The position numbers and the translations under genes were made by a program. Below are positions 27,004 to 35,359 of a DNA stretch of 64,000 nt, piece after piece. Each line of letters begins with the position of its first letter. Within the stretch, counting starts at the first letter, position 1. The notes beneath the pieces were generated by a model. That model searched no databases, was not told where the DNA came from, and saw nothing but the letters and a program-made list of their open reading frames with translations. The stretch lies in IMG/VR virus record IMGVR_UViG_3300035145_003993, positions 147,365 through 211,364 of that record, one strand, 5' to 3'.

Positions 27004-28174
27004 TGATTTTAGGTTTTCCCCATCTAAGTGTTATTTGTGTATTGTTATTTAACATGTTTGTGCAAATATTAAAAGGTTCTACGTCATAGAATTTTAAAAT
27101 CTTATAAAGATCATCATACAAATAATCTATTCCTTCTTCCAAGATTTGGGTACCATTAAAAACATTTAAATCACCTTCAGCAATTACAGGACCTATCCTA
27201 CACATTATCTCTTCTATAATTGCATTAAATGCTGATTCAACTTGATTTGCATTAACAACGAAAGAGAATTCATTAGGAATTGTATTGAGTGTGTTTCCGC
27301 TTATAGACTGTAGTGCGCTTGTATTTGCATTGTCTACACCTAAAGTATATACAGTAATACAAGGATCTATTGCTGTAGAGTAAATGCAATTGTTATCATT
27401 AATATTTCTTATGTTGTTTTGAACAAAAGACTGAGAAGGCCCTGATCCTTCATTTGGCGATCCATCTGATATTAAGAGAATGTAATAAGACTCGTAGTTT
27501 GTCGTCTGTATTTGTGTCATTGCTTCTTGTAAAGGTGCTATAAAGTTTGTTCCACCTCCCGGACTTCTATTATTAACAATTGAAAGAACAGATTGCTTAT
27601 GCTGTTGATTTTTTCCTATACTTGAAGAAACTATTATATTACTATTGTATAATATAACAGAGTAACTTAAATTAAAATCAGAGTTAACAAATTGACTAAC
27701 TGTATCTCTAAGTTGAACTATTCTGTTTCCACTCATTGAACCACTATAATCTAAAAGCATTATTACAGCTGCATCTATTAAGTCAACGTCATGAACTTCT
27801 TCAGGGACAGTTATTATAACTGACTTGGTAGTTTGTCCGCGTCCTGGGTTATAAGAAGAAGTTATTCCGTATTTTCTATTACAATAGTTTTCAACACTAC
27901 ACTCTAGTCCTAGATCTATACATTGAAAGTTTGGTGTAACGTTAGTTGAAAGTGACGAAGCGCAATTATTTAAAAAATTAGGTGTACAAATTTCTTCAGT
28001 ACTATTTGTCTCAATAATAGAAATTCCTAGATTTACACTACAAGAATCTAAAACTTGTTTTTCTTCCAATATGTTTAAAGATATTCTACCGTATTGTATT
28101 GTTATAAATGCTAAAGTTGATAACACAGCAGACAATAACATAATAGTTAGTGCTGCAAATCCTTTGTTTTTCAT
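26993..28174 (-). CDS. TadG-like membrane-anchored vWA domain protein
   Basis: N-terminal KG|FAAL prepilin-like site and hydrophobic helix, QVLDSCS; intact MIDAS (DYSGS, GGTNF, LISDG). Confidence 0.75.
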   Translation of the reverse strand: MKNKGFAALTIMLLSAVLSTLAFITIQYGRISLNILEEKQVLDSCSVNLGISIIETNSTEEICTPNFLNNCASSLSTNVTPNFQCIDLGLECSVENYCNRKYGITSSYNPGRGQTTKSVIITVPEEVHDVDLIDAAVIMLLDYSGSMSGNRIVQLRDTVSQFVNSDFNLSYSVILYNSNIIVSSSIGKNQQHKQSVLSIVNNRSPGGGTNFIAPLQEAMTQIQTTNYESYYILLISDGSPNEGSGPSQSFVQNNIRNINDNNCIYSTAIDPCITVYTLGVDNANTSALQSISGNTLNTIPNEFSFVVNANQVESAFNAIIEEIMCRIGPVIAEGDLNVFNGTQILEEGIDYLYDDLYKILKFYDVEPFNICTNMLNNNTQITLRWGKPKINVQ

Positions 28175-28194
28175 GATTTATCTCTCCATATATT

Positions 28195-28223
28195 ATAATA
28201 TAAGGATTTGTTTTAAATTACAA
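28195..28223 (-). promoter_or_regulatory. Promoter variant TTGTAA-N17-TATTAT upstream of the vWA gene
   Basis: One mismatch in each box, 17-nt spacer. Confidence 0.45.
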
Positions 28224-28988
28224 ATTAGACTTTTTTAGATAAATAAGATGTCTTGTACCATGATAATTTTTATTTTCTATATTATCAATAGTCCAGTAAT
28301 GATTTGTTTTTTTAATGTTTCTATAAAAATCTTTCATTAATAAAACGTCTATATTAACGCCTTGATTTTTTAATATATCAACAGCTAATAAGTTTGAATT
28401 AAATTTTCTATCTCTACGAATAGCCTTTAATTCAACATATTTATCTTCATCAGGATGGTAAAAATCTGGCGTATATTGCTTGTCTCTTCCTGCATAATTT
28501 ACAGTAAAAGTTTTATGTTCATAAATATAAGGCTTATTTGTTGCTTCGCACCATCTTGCATAATCTGCCTCTAATCCTGATTTGAAAAAATAATTACTTG
28601 GTAAATCTCTTCTAAATCCTAATCTTCCATTTGAAGGTATTTCGTGTAAACCACTACTTTGAGCTTTATATTGGCAATCTTTACTACAATATTTAGTAGC
28701 TTGTCCTATTGGCTTTTGATATGATTTTCCACAAAAATTACAATTTAAATCGATTCTTTCATGACGATTTTCTTTTAAATAACATTCTCGTCTACAATAT
28801 TTTTTATCTCTTTTAGCTTTAAATTTATTGTTACAAGAAAGACAATTTTTATAAACATATTTTGAAGAATTTTTGTCTTTACAGACCTTTGAACAAAACT
28901 TTGATGAAGAAGCTCTTGATGCTGGTTTTTTATAAATAGATTTACACTCTTGACACGTTAACTCTACTTGATTACTTTTTCTAGGCAT
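28218..28988 (-). CDS. PD-(D/E)xK endonuclease (T7 endonuclease I-like) with N-terminal CxxC/CSxxC zinc-finger repeats; probable free-standing homing endonuclease
   Basis: KSGLEAD...YIYE...YTPDFY...YVELK; three CxxC...CSxxC-type units. Confidence 0.75.
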   Translation of the reverse strand: MPRKSNQVELTCQECKSIYKKPASRASSSKFCSKVCKDKNSSKYVYKNCLSCNNKFKAKRDKKYCRRECYLKENRHERIDLNCNFCGKSYQKPIGQATKYCSKDCQYKAQSSGLHEIPSNGRLGFRRDLPSNYFFKSGLEADYARWCEATNKPYIYEHKTFTVNYAGRDKQYTPDFYHPDEDKYVELKAIRRDRKFNSNLLAVDILKNQGVNIDVLLMKDFYRNIKKTNHYWTIDNIENKNYHGTRHLIYLKKSNL

Positions 28989-29053
28989 AGTTTATCTCCT
29001 TATAAAGTAATTATCTTACAGTACAGATAGTTGTCATAACAAATTATTTATTT

Positions 29054-29263
29054 TTATAAGACATTAAAAGACATTATATTGTAAGGAACAATTTCAATTT
29101 CATTATTAATTAACAAGTAAATCATTGCATAAAAATTATTATCTTTTTTAATGTCTATTACTAAACCTACTTTTTCTTTTTCGTTCGAATATAAAAAATT
29201 ATATTTAATTATTTGACCTATTTTTAAATCTAAAATTAATTTTTTATTATTCTTAAACTCCAA
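29054..29263 (-). CDS. hypothetical protein, 69 aa
   Basis: Small ORF overlapping the fpg stop. Confidence 0.55.
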   Translation of the reverse strand: MEFKNNKKLILDLKIGQIIKYNFLYSNEKEKVGLVIDIKKDNNFYAMIYLLINNEIEIVPYNIMSFNVL

Positions 29264-30047
29264 TGACTTGTCTTTCTTTTACCCAATGTGTAGTTCTATT
29301 ATCTGGAGTTATTTCTTTAATTACTTTATATTTGTTATAATCTCTTTTTCTACCATAAACAACAAAACCTTGTGTAGCAGAACCAGATTCACCGTCAAAA
29401 GTATAATAGCTTTGAATTGTAGCTCCTTGCTGGTTGTATGACTTATTTATTACAAATCTAATTGCTTTGTCTAGTGTTACTAGGTTTTCGTCTGTTAAAT
29501 CTTTTATAAAAGAATAAGGATTAATACATGAATACCATAAAGACTCTGCTTTAATATAATTTCCAATTCCAGAAATTATATTTTGATTCATTAGAACACA
29601 ACATATATTTTTATGATTATACTTTCTTAAAATATTGACAAAATTATTAGGTGGATTAGAAAGCATATCAGGACCTATAGACTTAAGTTTTTTTTCTAAG
29701 TCTAATCTTTTTTTAATTTGAAAAGTGCCAAAATTTCTGGTGTCATTAAAGTAAAGAGTATCATTCTCATAGAAAGTAAACTCTATTCTTGAATGTTTTG
29801 ACTTTTCTCGAGACCAATTACCAGTCATTCCTAAAGTATTAAAAACAATTACATCACCTAAATCCATCCAGATGAACTTACCTTTGCAATTAAAGGATTC
29901 AATTTCTTTACCAAATAAAGATTTTATTCCTGGTATTGGCTTTTTTACATATCGTCCACTCAATACATTAACAGATTTAATCATATAGTATCTAAAGTTT
30001 TGATTTAGTCTTTCAACAAATAGTTTAACTTCAGGTCCCTCTGGCAT
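29253..30047 (-). CDS. mutM: Fpg/Nei DNA glycosylase-AP lyase
   Basis: N-terminal MPEGPEV, KGK, LGMTG, DxRNFG, H2TH MNQNIISGIGNYIKAESL, zincless finger ending RTTHW. Confidence 0.93.
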   Translation of the reverse strand: MPEGPEVKLFVERLNQNFRYYMIKSVNVLSGRYVKKPIPGIKSLFGKEIESFNCKGKFIWMDLGDVIVFNTLGMTGNWSREKSKHSRIEFTFYENDTLYFNDTRNFGTFQIKKRLDLEKKLKSIGPDMLSNPPNNFVNILRKYNHKNICCVLMNQNIISGIGNYIKAESLWYSCINPYSFIKDLTDENLVTLDKAIRFVINKSYNQQGATIQSYYTFDGESGSATQGFVVYGRKRDYNKYKVIKEITPDNRTTHWVKERQVIGV

Positions 30048-30051
30048 ATTG

Positions 30052-30264
30052 TTAGTCCTTTAAAATAGATTTATTAACTTCTGGATCATCAATTTCAGTG
30101 TTTACAACATTCTTTTCAAAAACACCTTTTTTAGGTAATGTTTGATCATGAATTTTATTAGCTAAATCATTTTTACCTATCCAGCTTAAAATTTCCATTA
30201 AAGGATGAGCAATGATATTATGTACTGCATAATTTTTAAAAAATTTTTCATATTTAAGATTCAC
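30052..30264 (-). CDS. hypothetical protein, 70 aa
   Basis: ORF with HNIIAHP motif; in operon. Confidence 0.65.
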   Translation of the reverse strand: MNLKYEKFFKNYAVHNIIAHPLMEILSWIGKNDLANKIHDQTLPKKGVFEKNVVNTEIDDPEVNKSILKD

Positions 30265-30574
30265 TAAATACCTCTAATATATCTTCATCTCTAAAATATA
30301 CTTTTTCATTATTTTCTCCTAATGCAACGTAATAGCCTAAAGGAAAATTCTTTGTTTGAAAATGTATAGGAATTGCTGTTATTTTTTCATTAGATTCTTT
30401 ATCAATAAATGATATTAAATAAGACTTTTCGAAAAAAAATCTTCTTTCAACCATTGTGTTATAAAGATCTTCGTATTTTGCTTTTTTATAGTGTTTTGTA
30501 TCTTTAAAAGACCAAAATTTAAGTGTATCTTTATTCAATCGCGTCTTCATAAGGTTCTTCAATAAATTCACCAT
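30254..30574 (-). CDS. hypothetical protein, about 100 aa
   Basis: ORF in operon; the true start is probably internal (MKTRL). Confidence 0.55.
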   Translation of the reverse strand: MVNLLKNLMKTRLNKDTLKFWSFKDTKHYKKAKYEDLYNTMVERRFFFEKSYLISFIDKESNEKITAIPIHFQTKNFPLGYYVALGENNEKVYFRDEDILEVFSES

Positions 30575-30980
30575 TTTCTACTATTCTGTCAAGGTAATCT
30601 TCTAATTGTTCAAATGAAGTACAGACCTTAATACCACTTCTTGCTAACATTAAATTAAATTTAGCACCTTCAGGTAAACCTGCACAAAAATAAATAATAG
30701 GTTTGTTAAATGCAAAAGCATAACCAGCTTCCCAAATTGTTCCAATATCTTTGTCTCTAGTGTTTACTAACAAAAAGTCAGCTGTTTGAATGTGGTGAAG
30801 ATTACCTGTAAAAGTTTCGTCTTGCACACTTTTTGGTGCATTTGGAGGACAAATAAAAATTCTGCGAGGTGAAGCTAATTCAAAATTATTTGATCGATCA
30901 TCAAAAATTTTTTCAAGTTGAGTAAGTTCTTCGTCTTGTGTAGGATTAAACCAACCACTAGCTAAATAAATCTTTTTCAT
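30531..30980 (-). CDS. nucleoside 2-deoxyribosyltransferase / N-glycosidase family (NDT, MilB, DNPH1-like)
   Basis: KIYLASGWF, ELASP, TADFLL, DKDIGTIWEAGYA (Glu nucleophile), KPII. Start set at ATG 30980 with AAGGA RBS. Confidence 0.85.
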   Translation of the reverse strand: MKKIYLASGWFNPTQDEELTQLEKIFDDRSNNFELASPRRIFICPPNAPKSVQDETFTGNLHHIQTADFLLVNTRDKDIGTIWEAGYAFAFNKPIIYFCAGLPEGAKFNLMLARSGIKVCTSFEQLEDYLDRIVENGEFIEEPYEDAIE

Positions 30981-31061
30981 TAAAATATTCCTTTTATAAT
31001 AATTTTTTCTAAGTTTGTAATTGTTTTTCAATAAAGTTTACTATTTTTAATAACTTTAAAA

Positions 31062-32027
31062 TTAATTGTTGAATTGTTTTTTAACTTGATTTATGGCTCT
31101 TACATCATCATTCCACATCCTTGTAAAGATTTTTTCTTCACCAGATTTATTGCCGTTTAATTCTTCGCGGCGACAAGGGTAAATTGAATCTTCTTCATTG
31201 AATTCAAACAAATCGTTTTTAGGCTCTGGATGATATAAATTAGTTCCTTTTGAAGTAAAAGTACCATCTGCTTGTTTAACTCTAAATGTTCTAACATAAT
31301 GCATGTCAGGTTTTTCAAAATCTAAGCAAGTTGCAACTTCAGGAATTCTTTCAACAACTAGTCTTGCTATTTTAGTAGCAATAATATTATCAACCTCAGG
31401 CTGAATTTGTACATCTTGTCTTTGTTTAATAAGACCAATTAAATCTTTTAAATTAAACCTTGCAATATAAAATGTTTCGATAGATTTTGGCATAATAACT
31501 CTAGCGTCCATTAAAGAAATTAGTTTTGAATCTACCATATCAGAATATAATTGTTTTGCAGCAGCAGCAACTTCAATAAATCTATGGTAAAAATCAGAAT
31601 TTTCAATAGACTCTGGAACTAAAATATTATCGTGTCGTAGGTCTCTATCACCTGTGCATTGAGCAGCAAATGATCCTGCTCTGTGTCTAATTAAGTGTGT
31701 TACGGTTTGAGTATCAATACCACTTATCCTAAAAGTAAATCCTAAACATTCCATAGGCGTTGGTAAGGCTCTAAAATTTAGTACGTCTTGAAGGTTTTGT
31801 GAGGCCTCTTCAGGTGAAGCATTATTAAAGTCAGTTTCAAAAGGTCGATCAGCCCATGTTGCCTTGGTCATATTCCAAGCTATTTCTTGTGCTTGCTTTT
31901 GTGTTGGAGCATCAATCACTTCAATTTTAAGTGATTCTAAATTGTTAATATAGTTTGTAACAGGAACTTCGTTAAACTTTAAAAGCATAGGAAGTTGAAT
32001 CTTATCTAAATCATTATTAATTGGCAA
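31062..32027 (-). CDS. divergent ThyX (flavin-dependent thymidylate synthase)-like paralog
   Basis: PME..FTFRISG...HLIRHRAGSFAAQCTGDR, DARVIMP, N..L....KQR; motif altered versus RHRxxSxxxxSxRY; TTG start with AAGGAG RBS. Confidence 0.8.
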   Translation of the reverse strand: MPINNDLDKIQLPMLLKFNEVPVTNYINNLESLKIEVIDAPTQKQAQEIAWNMTKATWADRPFETDFNNASPEEASQNLQDVLNFRALPTPMECLGFTFRISGIDTQTVTHLIRHRAGSFAAQCTGDRDLRHDNILVPESIENSDFYHRFIEVAAAAKQLYSDMVDSKLISLMDARVIMPKSIETFYIARFNLKDLIGLIKQRQDVQIQPEVDNIIATKIARLVVERIPEVATCLDFEKPDMHYVRTFRVKQADGTFTSKGTNLYHPEPKNDLFEFNEEDSIYPCRREELNGNKSGEEKIFTRMWNDDVRAINQVKKQFNN

Positions 32028-32054
32028 ATTTTTTCTCCTTGTTATTTACCATTC

Positions 32055-32083
32055 ATTATAAAATTAAAAATTTTATTTTACAC
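32055..32083 (-). promoter_or_regulatory. Promoter GTGTAA-N17-TATAAT upstream of the ThyX paralog and NDT
   Basis: Perfect match immediately upstream of the gene. Confidence 0.75.
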
Positions 32084-32752
32084 TAAATTATTCTTTTTAC
32101 TAATCATATCTTCTAATTGTTCTAGTAAAACAATATTTTCTTTAAAAATTAAATTTTCTTTTTTTATTTTTGCAACTGCTTCATCAAATGTTAATTTATT
32201 TAAATCTTGATATGTTTTTAACACTTCATAATCACTATCTAATTCTGCTTTAATTGAATCAGACCTTTGTATGTCTATGTAAAAAATATTTCTATTAATT
32301 GCATATTGTATTTCTTTAACTAAATTTAAAAATATATCTTTTTTAAATGAAAAAATATTTTCTATATTAAGATTAGTAATAGAAGAATATTCAATTATTC
32401 CTTCATCATTTTTTTTGTCTGACTGAAAATAGAGTTTGCAATATTTATTTTTAATAAAAAAGAAAGAATAAGAATTTACTATTTGTAAATCGATTTCAAT
32501 TGTAAATTCATCGCAAAAATCTAAAGAGTGATTAAAGTTTGTTTGATATTTTTTACTAAATAACTGTGTATAGTTGCTTGTAAACGTTAAGTACATTATT
32601 CCTGGATCAATAACTAAAGTCATATTTCCAGTTTGAATGAGACCTAAAGAATAAATAATATCGTATTCGATTGTGTCCCAAACTTTACTTAAAAATTCAT
32701 AAGATCTAAATTTCTTGTTAGTATAAAAATCTAGATCTTCATGAAAAAACAT
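32078..32752 (-). CDS. hypothetical protein, 224 aa
   Basis: ORF within the nucleotide cluster. Confidence 0.65.
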   Translation of the reverse strand: MFFHEDLDFYTNKKFRSYEFLSKVWDTIEYDIIYSLGLIQTGNMTLVIDPGIMYLTFTSNYTQLFSKKYQTNFNHSLDFCDEFTIEIDLQIVNSYSFFFIKNKYCKLYFQSDKKNDEGIIEYSSITNLNIENIFSFKKDIFLNLVKEIQYAINRNIFYIDIQRSDSIKAELDSDYEVLKTYQDLNKLTFDEAVAKIKKENLIFKENIVLLEQLEDMISKKNNLV

Positions 32753-32753
32753 T

Positions 32754-33140
32754 TTAATAACCTTTTTGTAGCCTTTTTCTAATTATTTCGTCTTTAATAT
32801 TAAATGCATTATAAAATTCATTAACATCAACGCCGATTAAAATCATTAATGAGAAAAAATAATTAAAAGCATCTACTATTTCTTCTAAAAATTCATCTCT
32901 ATCAATTTCAGGCATATCTGTTTCTCGATGAGGCTTCCAATTTTTTAAATGTTGAAGTGCCTCAAACATTTCTTCAACTCCTTTTAAAGCTGTTTCACGT
33001 AATAAATTTTGATTTTCTTTTTTTGAAATATCTACAGGCCATTCGTTTGTATAAGAATCAGGAAACTTATCTTGAATAAGTTTCATAAACGATTGTCTTT
33101 TATTAAAGATTTCAACAAGTTTATCATTTTCTAATGTCAT
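32754..33140 (-). CDS. all-alpha NTP pyrophosphatase (MazG/dimeric dUTPase/T4 gp56 dCTPase-like)
   Basis: EEMFEAL..LKNWKPHR and EEIVDAFNYF (ExxE / ExxD metal motifs). Confidence 0.82.
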   Translation of the reverse strand: MTLENDKLVEIFNKRQSFMKLIQDKFPDSYTNEWPVDISKKENQNLLRETALKGVEEMFEALQHLKNWKPHRETDMPEIDRDEFLEEIVDAFNYFFSLMILIGVDVNEFYNAFNIKDEIIRKRLQKGY

Positions 33141-33142
33141 AT

Positions 33143-33373
33143 TTATTGTACTTTTTCTTCTTGAGTTTCGCTTAACTTTTCTTGTGAATTAGATAACATT
33201 TTATTAATTTGTTCGTTAAAAATTTCTTGATATTGTTCGTTAACTGTAAGTTTGTTTTCTTCATTAATTTCTAATGATACCATCCTGAGATGGTCAACAA
33301 TGTCTGTTCCAGTTAAGATTGCCATTTGAATTAGTTTAGCAATATGTGCTATTGTAGTATCATGTAATAACAA
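33143..33373 (-). CDS. hypothetical protein, 76 aa
   Basis: ORF with AAGGAG RBS. Confidence 0.7.
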   Translation of the reverse strand: MLLHDTTIAHIAKLIQMAILTGTDIVDHLRMVSLEINEENKLTVNEQYQEIFNEQINKMLSNSQEKLSETQEEKVQ

Positions 33374-33383
33374 AATTTTCTCC

Positions 33384-33746
33384 TTAAATTACTACTGGTG
33401 ATTTGCTTAATTTTTGTGTTATAATATCTGAATCGTGATCTAATGCTTTAAGCATAGAAATACCTTCTATCGTTTTAATTGATTTTAAAACTGTTATGAA
33501 TTTATCTTTTCCTTCAACAAATTTTTCAATATATGAAACGTTTAATTCAATTATTCTATGACCATTTGAAGATACAATATCTGAAACTGGTCTTGTTTGT
33601 CTGACTGTTACGATTCCTGGTAAGGCCCTCATGTCAGTCATAATATCAAGAACTGTAGGGTCTTCTCTATCTTCTATTTTAATTCTACATCTAATTAAAG
33701 TATTAATTAAGTCTTCATGTCTTTCAACGAGTAATTTTTTCTTCAT
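33384..33746 (-). CDS. hypothetical protein, 120 aa
   Basis: ORF with AAGGAG RBS, LLVE leader. Confidence 0.7.
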   Translation of the reverse strand: MKKKLLVERHEDLINTLIRCRIKIEDREDPTVLDIMTDMRALPGIVTVRQTRPVSDIVSSNGHRIIELNVSYIEKFVEGKDKFITVLKSIKTIEGISMLKALDHDSDIITQKLSKSPVVI

Positions 33747-33781
33747 TAATAATCTCCTTTATAATGTAGTAATTATTTCTT

Positions 33782-34504
33782 TTACTCGTGATTATTAATA
33801 TAACTGTTAACAGTTTCTGGCCAAAGATCTTTAATAATATCTAACATTCTAAATGCTAATTGTTGAATTTCCCATTGAGCTCCTTCATGTGTTCTTAAAT
33901 TTATAAACTTTAATATGTTATTTAAATTCGCAGAAGCGTAATATTCTGTATAAAGATTTTGTGGTAAAATTCCACGCGCTTGTTCTCTGCATATACCATT
34001 GTTTACTAAATCATCAAATAATTTTAAAGAATTTTTGTGATAATTTTTAATAACATTCGATGCTTTAGTTTTAATTTTAACGCTACTTACTGCAGAGTCA
34101 ATTTCTAATATAGGATCAATTAATTCATCTTGATTTGAAGATTGTCTATTTGATTTGTGTTGAGTTCTAAATTGATTAGGTTCATAAAATTCTATATTAG
34201 AATCTGTATATCTTCTAGAGATTTCGTTGTATGACCAAGTTCTGTGTCTATGATGTTGTGATCGAACAAATAATGGAACTTTAATTCTAAAAGTTGCAAA
34301 ATTATGTTCTAAAGTAGATGTATGTTTATGTTTAATTAAATAATTAATTAACTTTTTATCTTTATTATCAAGACTTTCTTTGTGAACTCCGAATGATACC
34401 CTTGCTGAATTTACTATTGTAATATCTTCGCCAACATATTGAACTAATTCTATTTTTCCTATGCCATCTTCATACAGATTTTTTTCAATAGTATCTATTT
34501 TCAA
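33782..34504 (-). CDS. thyX: flavin-dependent thymidylate synthase ThyX (canonical)
   Basis: NSARVSF, HTSTLEH, RHRTWSYNEISRRY, EQARGILP, FINLR...AQWEI. Confidence 0.96.
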   Translation of the reverse strand: MKIDTIEKNLYEDGIGKIELVQYVGEDITIVNSARVSFGVHKESLDNKDKKLINYLIKHKHTSTLEHNFATFRIKVPLFVRSQHHRHRTWSYNEISRRYTDSNIEFYEPNQFRTQHKSNRQSSNQDELIDPILEIDSAVSSVKIKTKASNVIKNYHKNSLKLFDDLVNNGICREQARGILPQNLYTEYYASANLNNILKFINLRTHEGAQWEIQQLAFRMLDIIKDLWPETVNSYINNHE

Positions 34505-34509
34505 ATTTA

Positions 34510-35274
34510 TTATCCTTCACTTTTTTGATTATTTAATGGCTTTTCAAAGTGATAAAAAGCTCCTCCTGTGTGACCGTCGTGAATTAGAGTTGCAAAACAC
34601 CTTGCAACAGGACCACCTAATTTATCCTTAAGTTTTTTATAAAAAGGATGATTTTTAATTTCTTTTGGAATTCTCCACGAAGAAGATGTAGAATATCCTG
34701 TATCATATTTAATAAAGTCAAACCCTGTATCTGTACCTAGCTTAATAAAATTTTCATGAACTGGAAAGTTAACATGTCCAATTTTATGTTCCTTTTCAGG
34801 TGAATGAAATTGTGTGTCTTGTGTATTCATTGGGAATCCTAGTACCATTCTCCCACCAGGTCGAAGAACTCTATAAAGCTCTTTCATAATATATGGATAA
34901 TTGTGGTCTTCAATATGTTCAAAAACTTCTGACGAAACCATGATATCAAACATTTCGTCACTATATGGGAGTCCTGTTGTGATATCATGTTGCTTTAATT
35001 GAAATTTGTTACTTTGCTTAGACCAAGCCATATCGATATATTTTTGTTGATAGTCAATACCATAATACTCAGTAAAAACAAAAAGACTTTTCATAAATGT
35101 CCAGAGTCTACCATTATAACATCCAATATCAAGAAGTTTTGGCTGATTTTTTCCATCATATCCATTTGAAGAGCACCACTTACGAACAGCTTCAACTAAA
35201 TAATTTTGAGAAAAAACAATAAATTGACAATCAATTAAAGTTTGTGGGTGAGACTTTTTTTGTATCGCAGCCAT
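34510..35274 (-). CDS. class I SAM-dependent methyltransferase
   Basis: LLDIGCYNG motif I, YGID, DITTGLPY...FD, SEVFEHI, RVLRPGG. Confidence 0.9.
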   Translation of the reverse strand: MAAIQKKSHPQTLIDCQFIVFSQNYLVEAVRKWCSSNGYDGKNQPKLLDIGCYNGRLWTFMKSLFVFTEYYGIDYQQKYIDMAWSKQSNKFQLKQHDITTGLPYSDEMFDIMVSSEVFEHIEDHNYPYIMKELYRVLRPGGRMVLGFPMNTQDTQFHSPEKEHKIGHVNFPVHENFIKLGTDTGFDFIKYDTGYSTSSSWRIPKEIKNHPFYKKLKDKLGGPVARCFATLIHDGHTGGAFYHFEKPLNNQKSEG

Positions 35275-35324
35275 ATGGTTACATACCTTTCTTATTTTTT
35301 ATAATTTTATTAATTTGTTTTATT

Positions 35325-35353
35325 ATTATATTAATATTAGTTTTATTTTACAC
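35325..35353 (-). promoter_or_regulatory. Promoter GTGTAA-N17-TATAAT heading the MTase-thyX operon
   Basis: Perfect match, intergenic. Confidence 0.75.
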
Positions 35354-35359
35354 TAAAAA

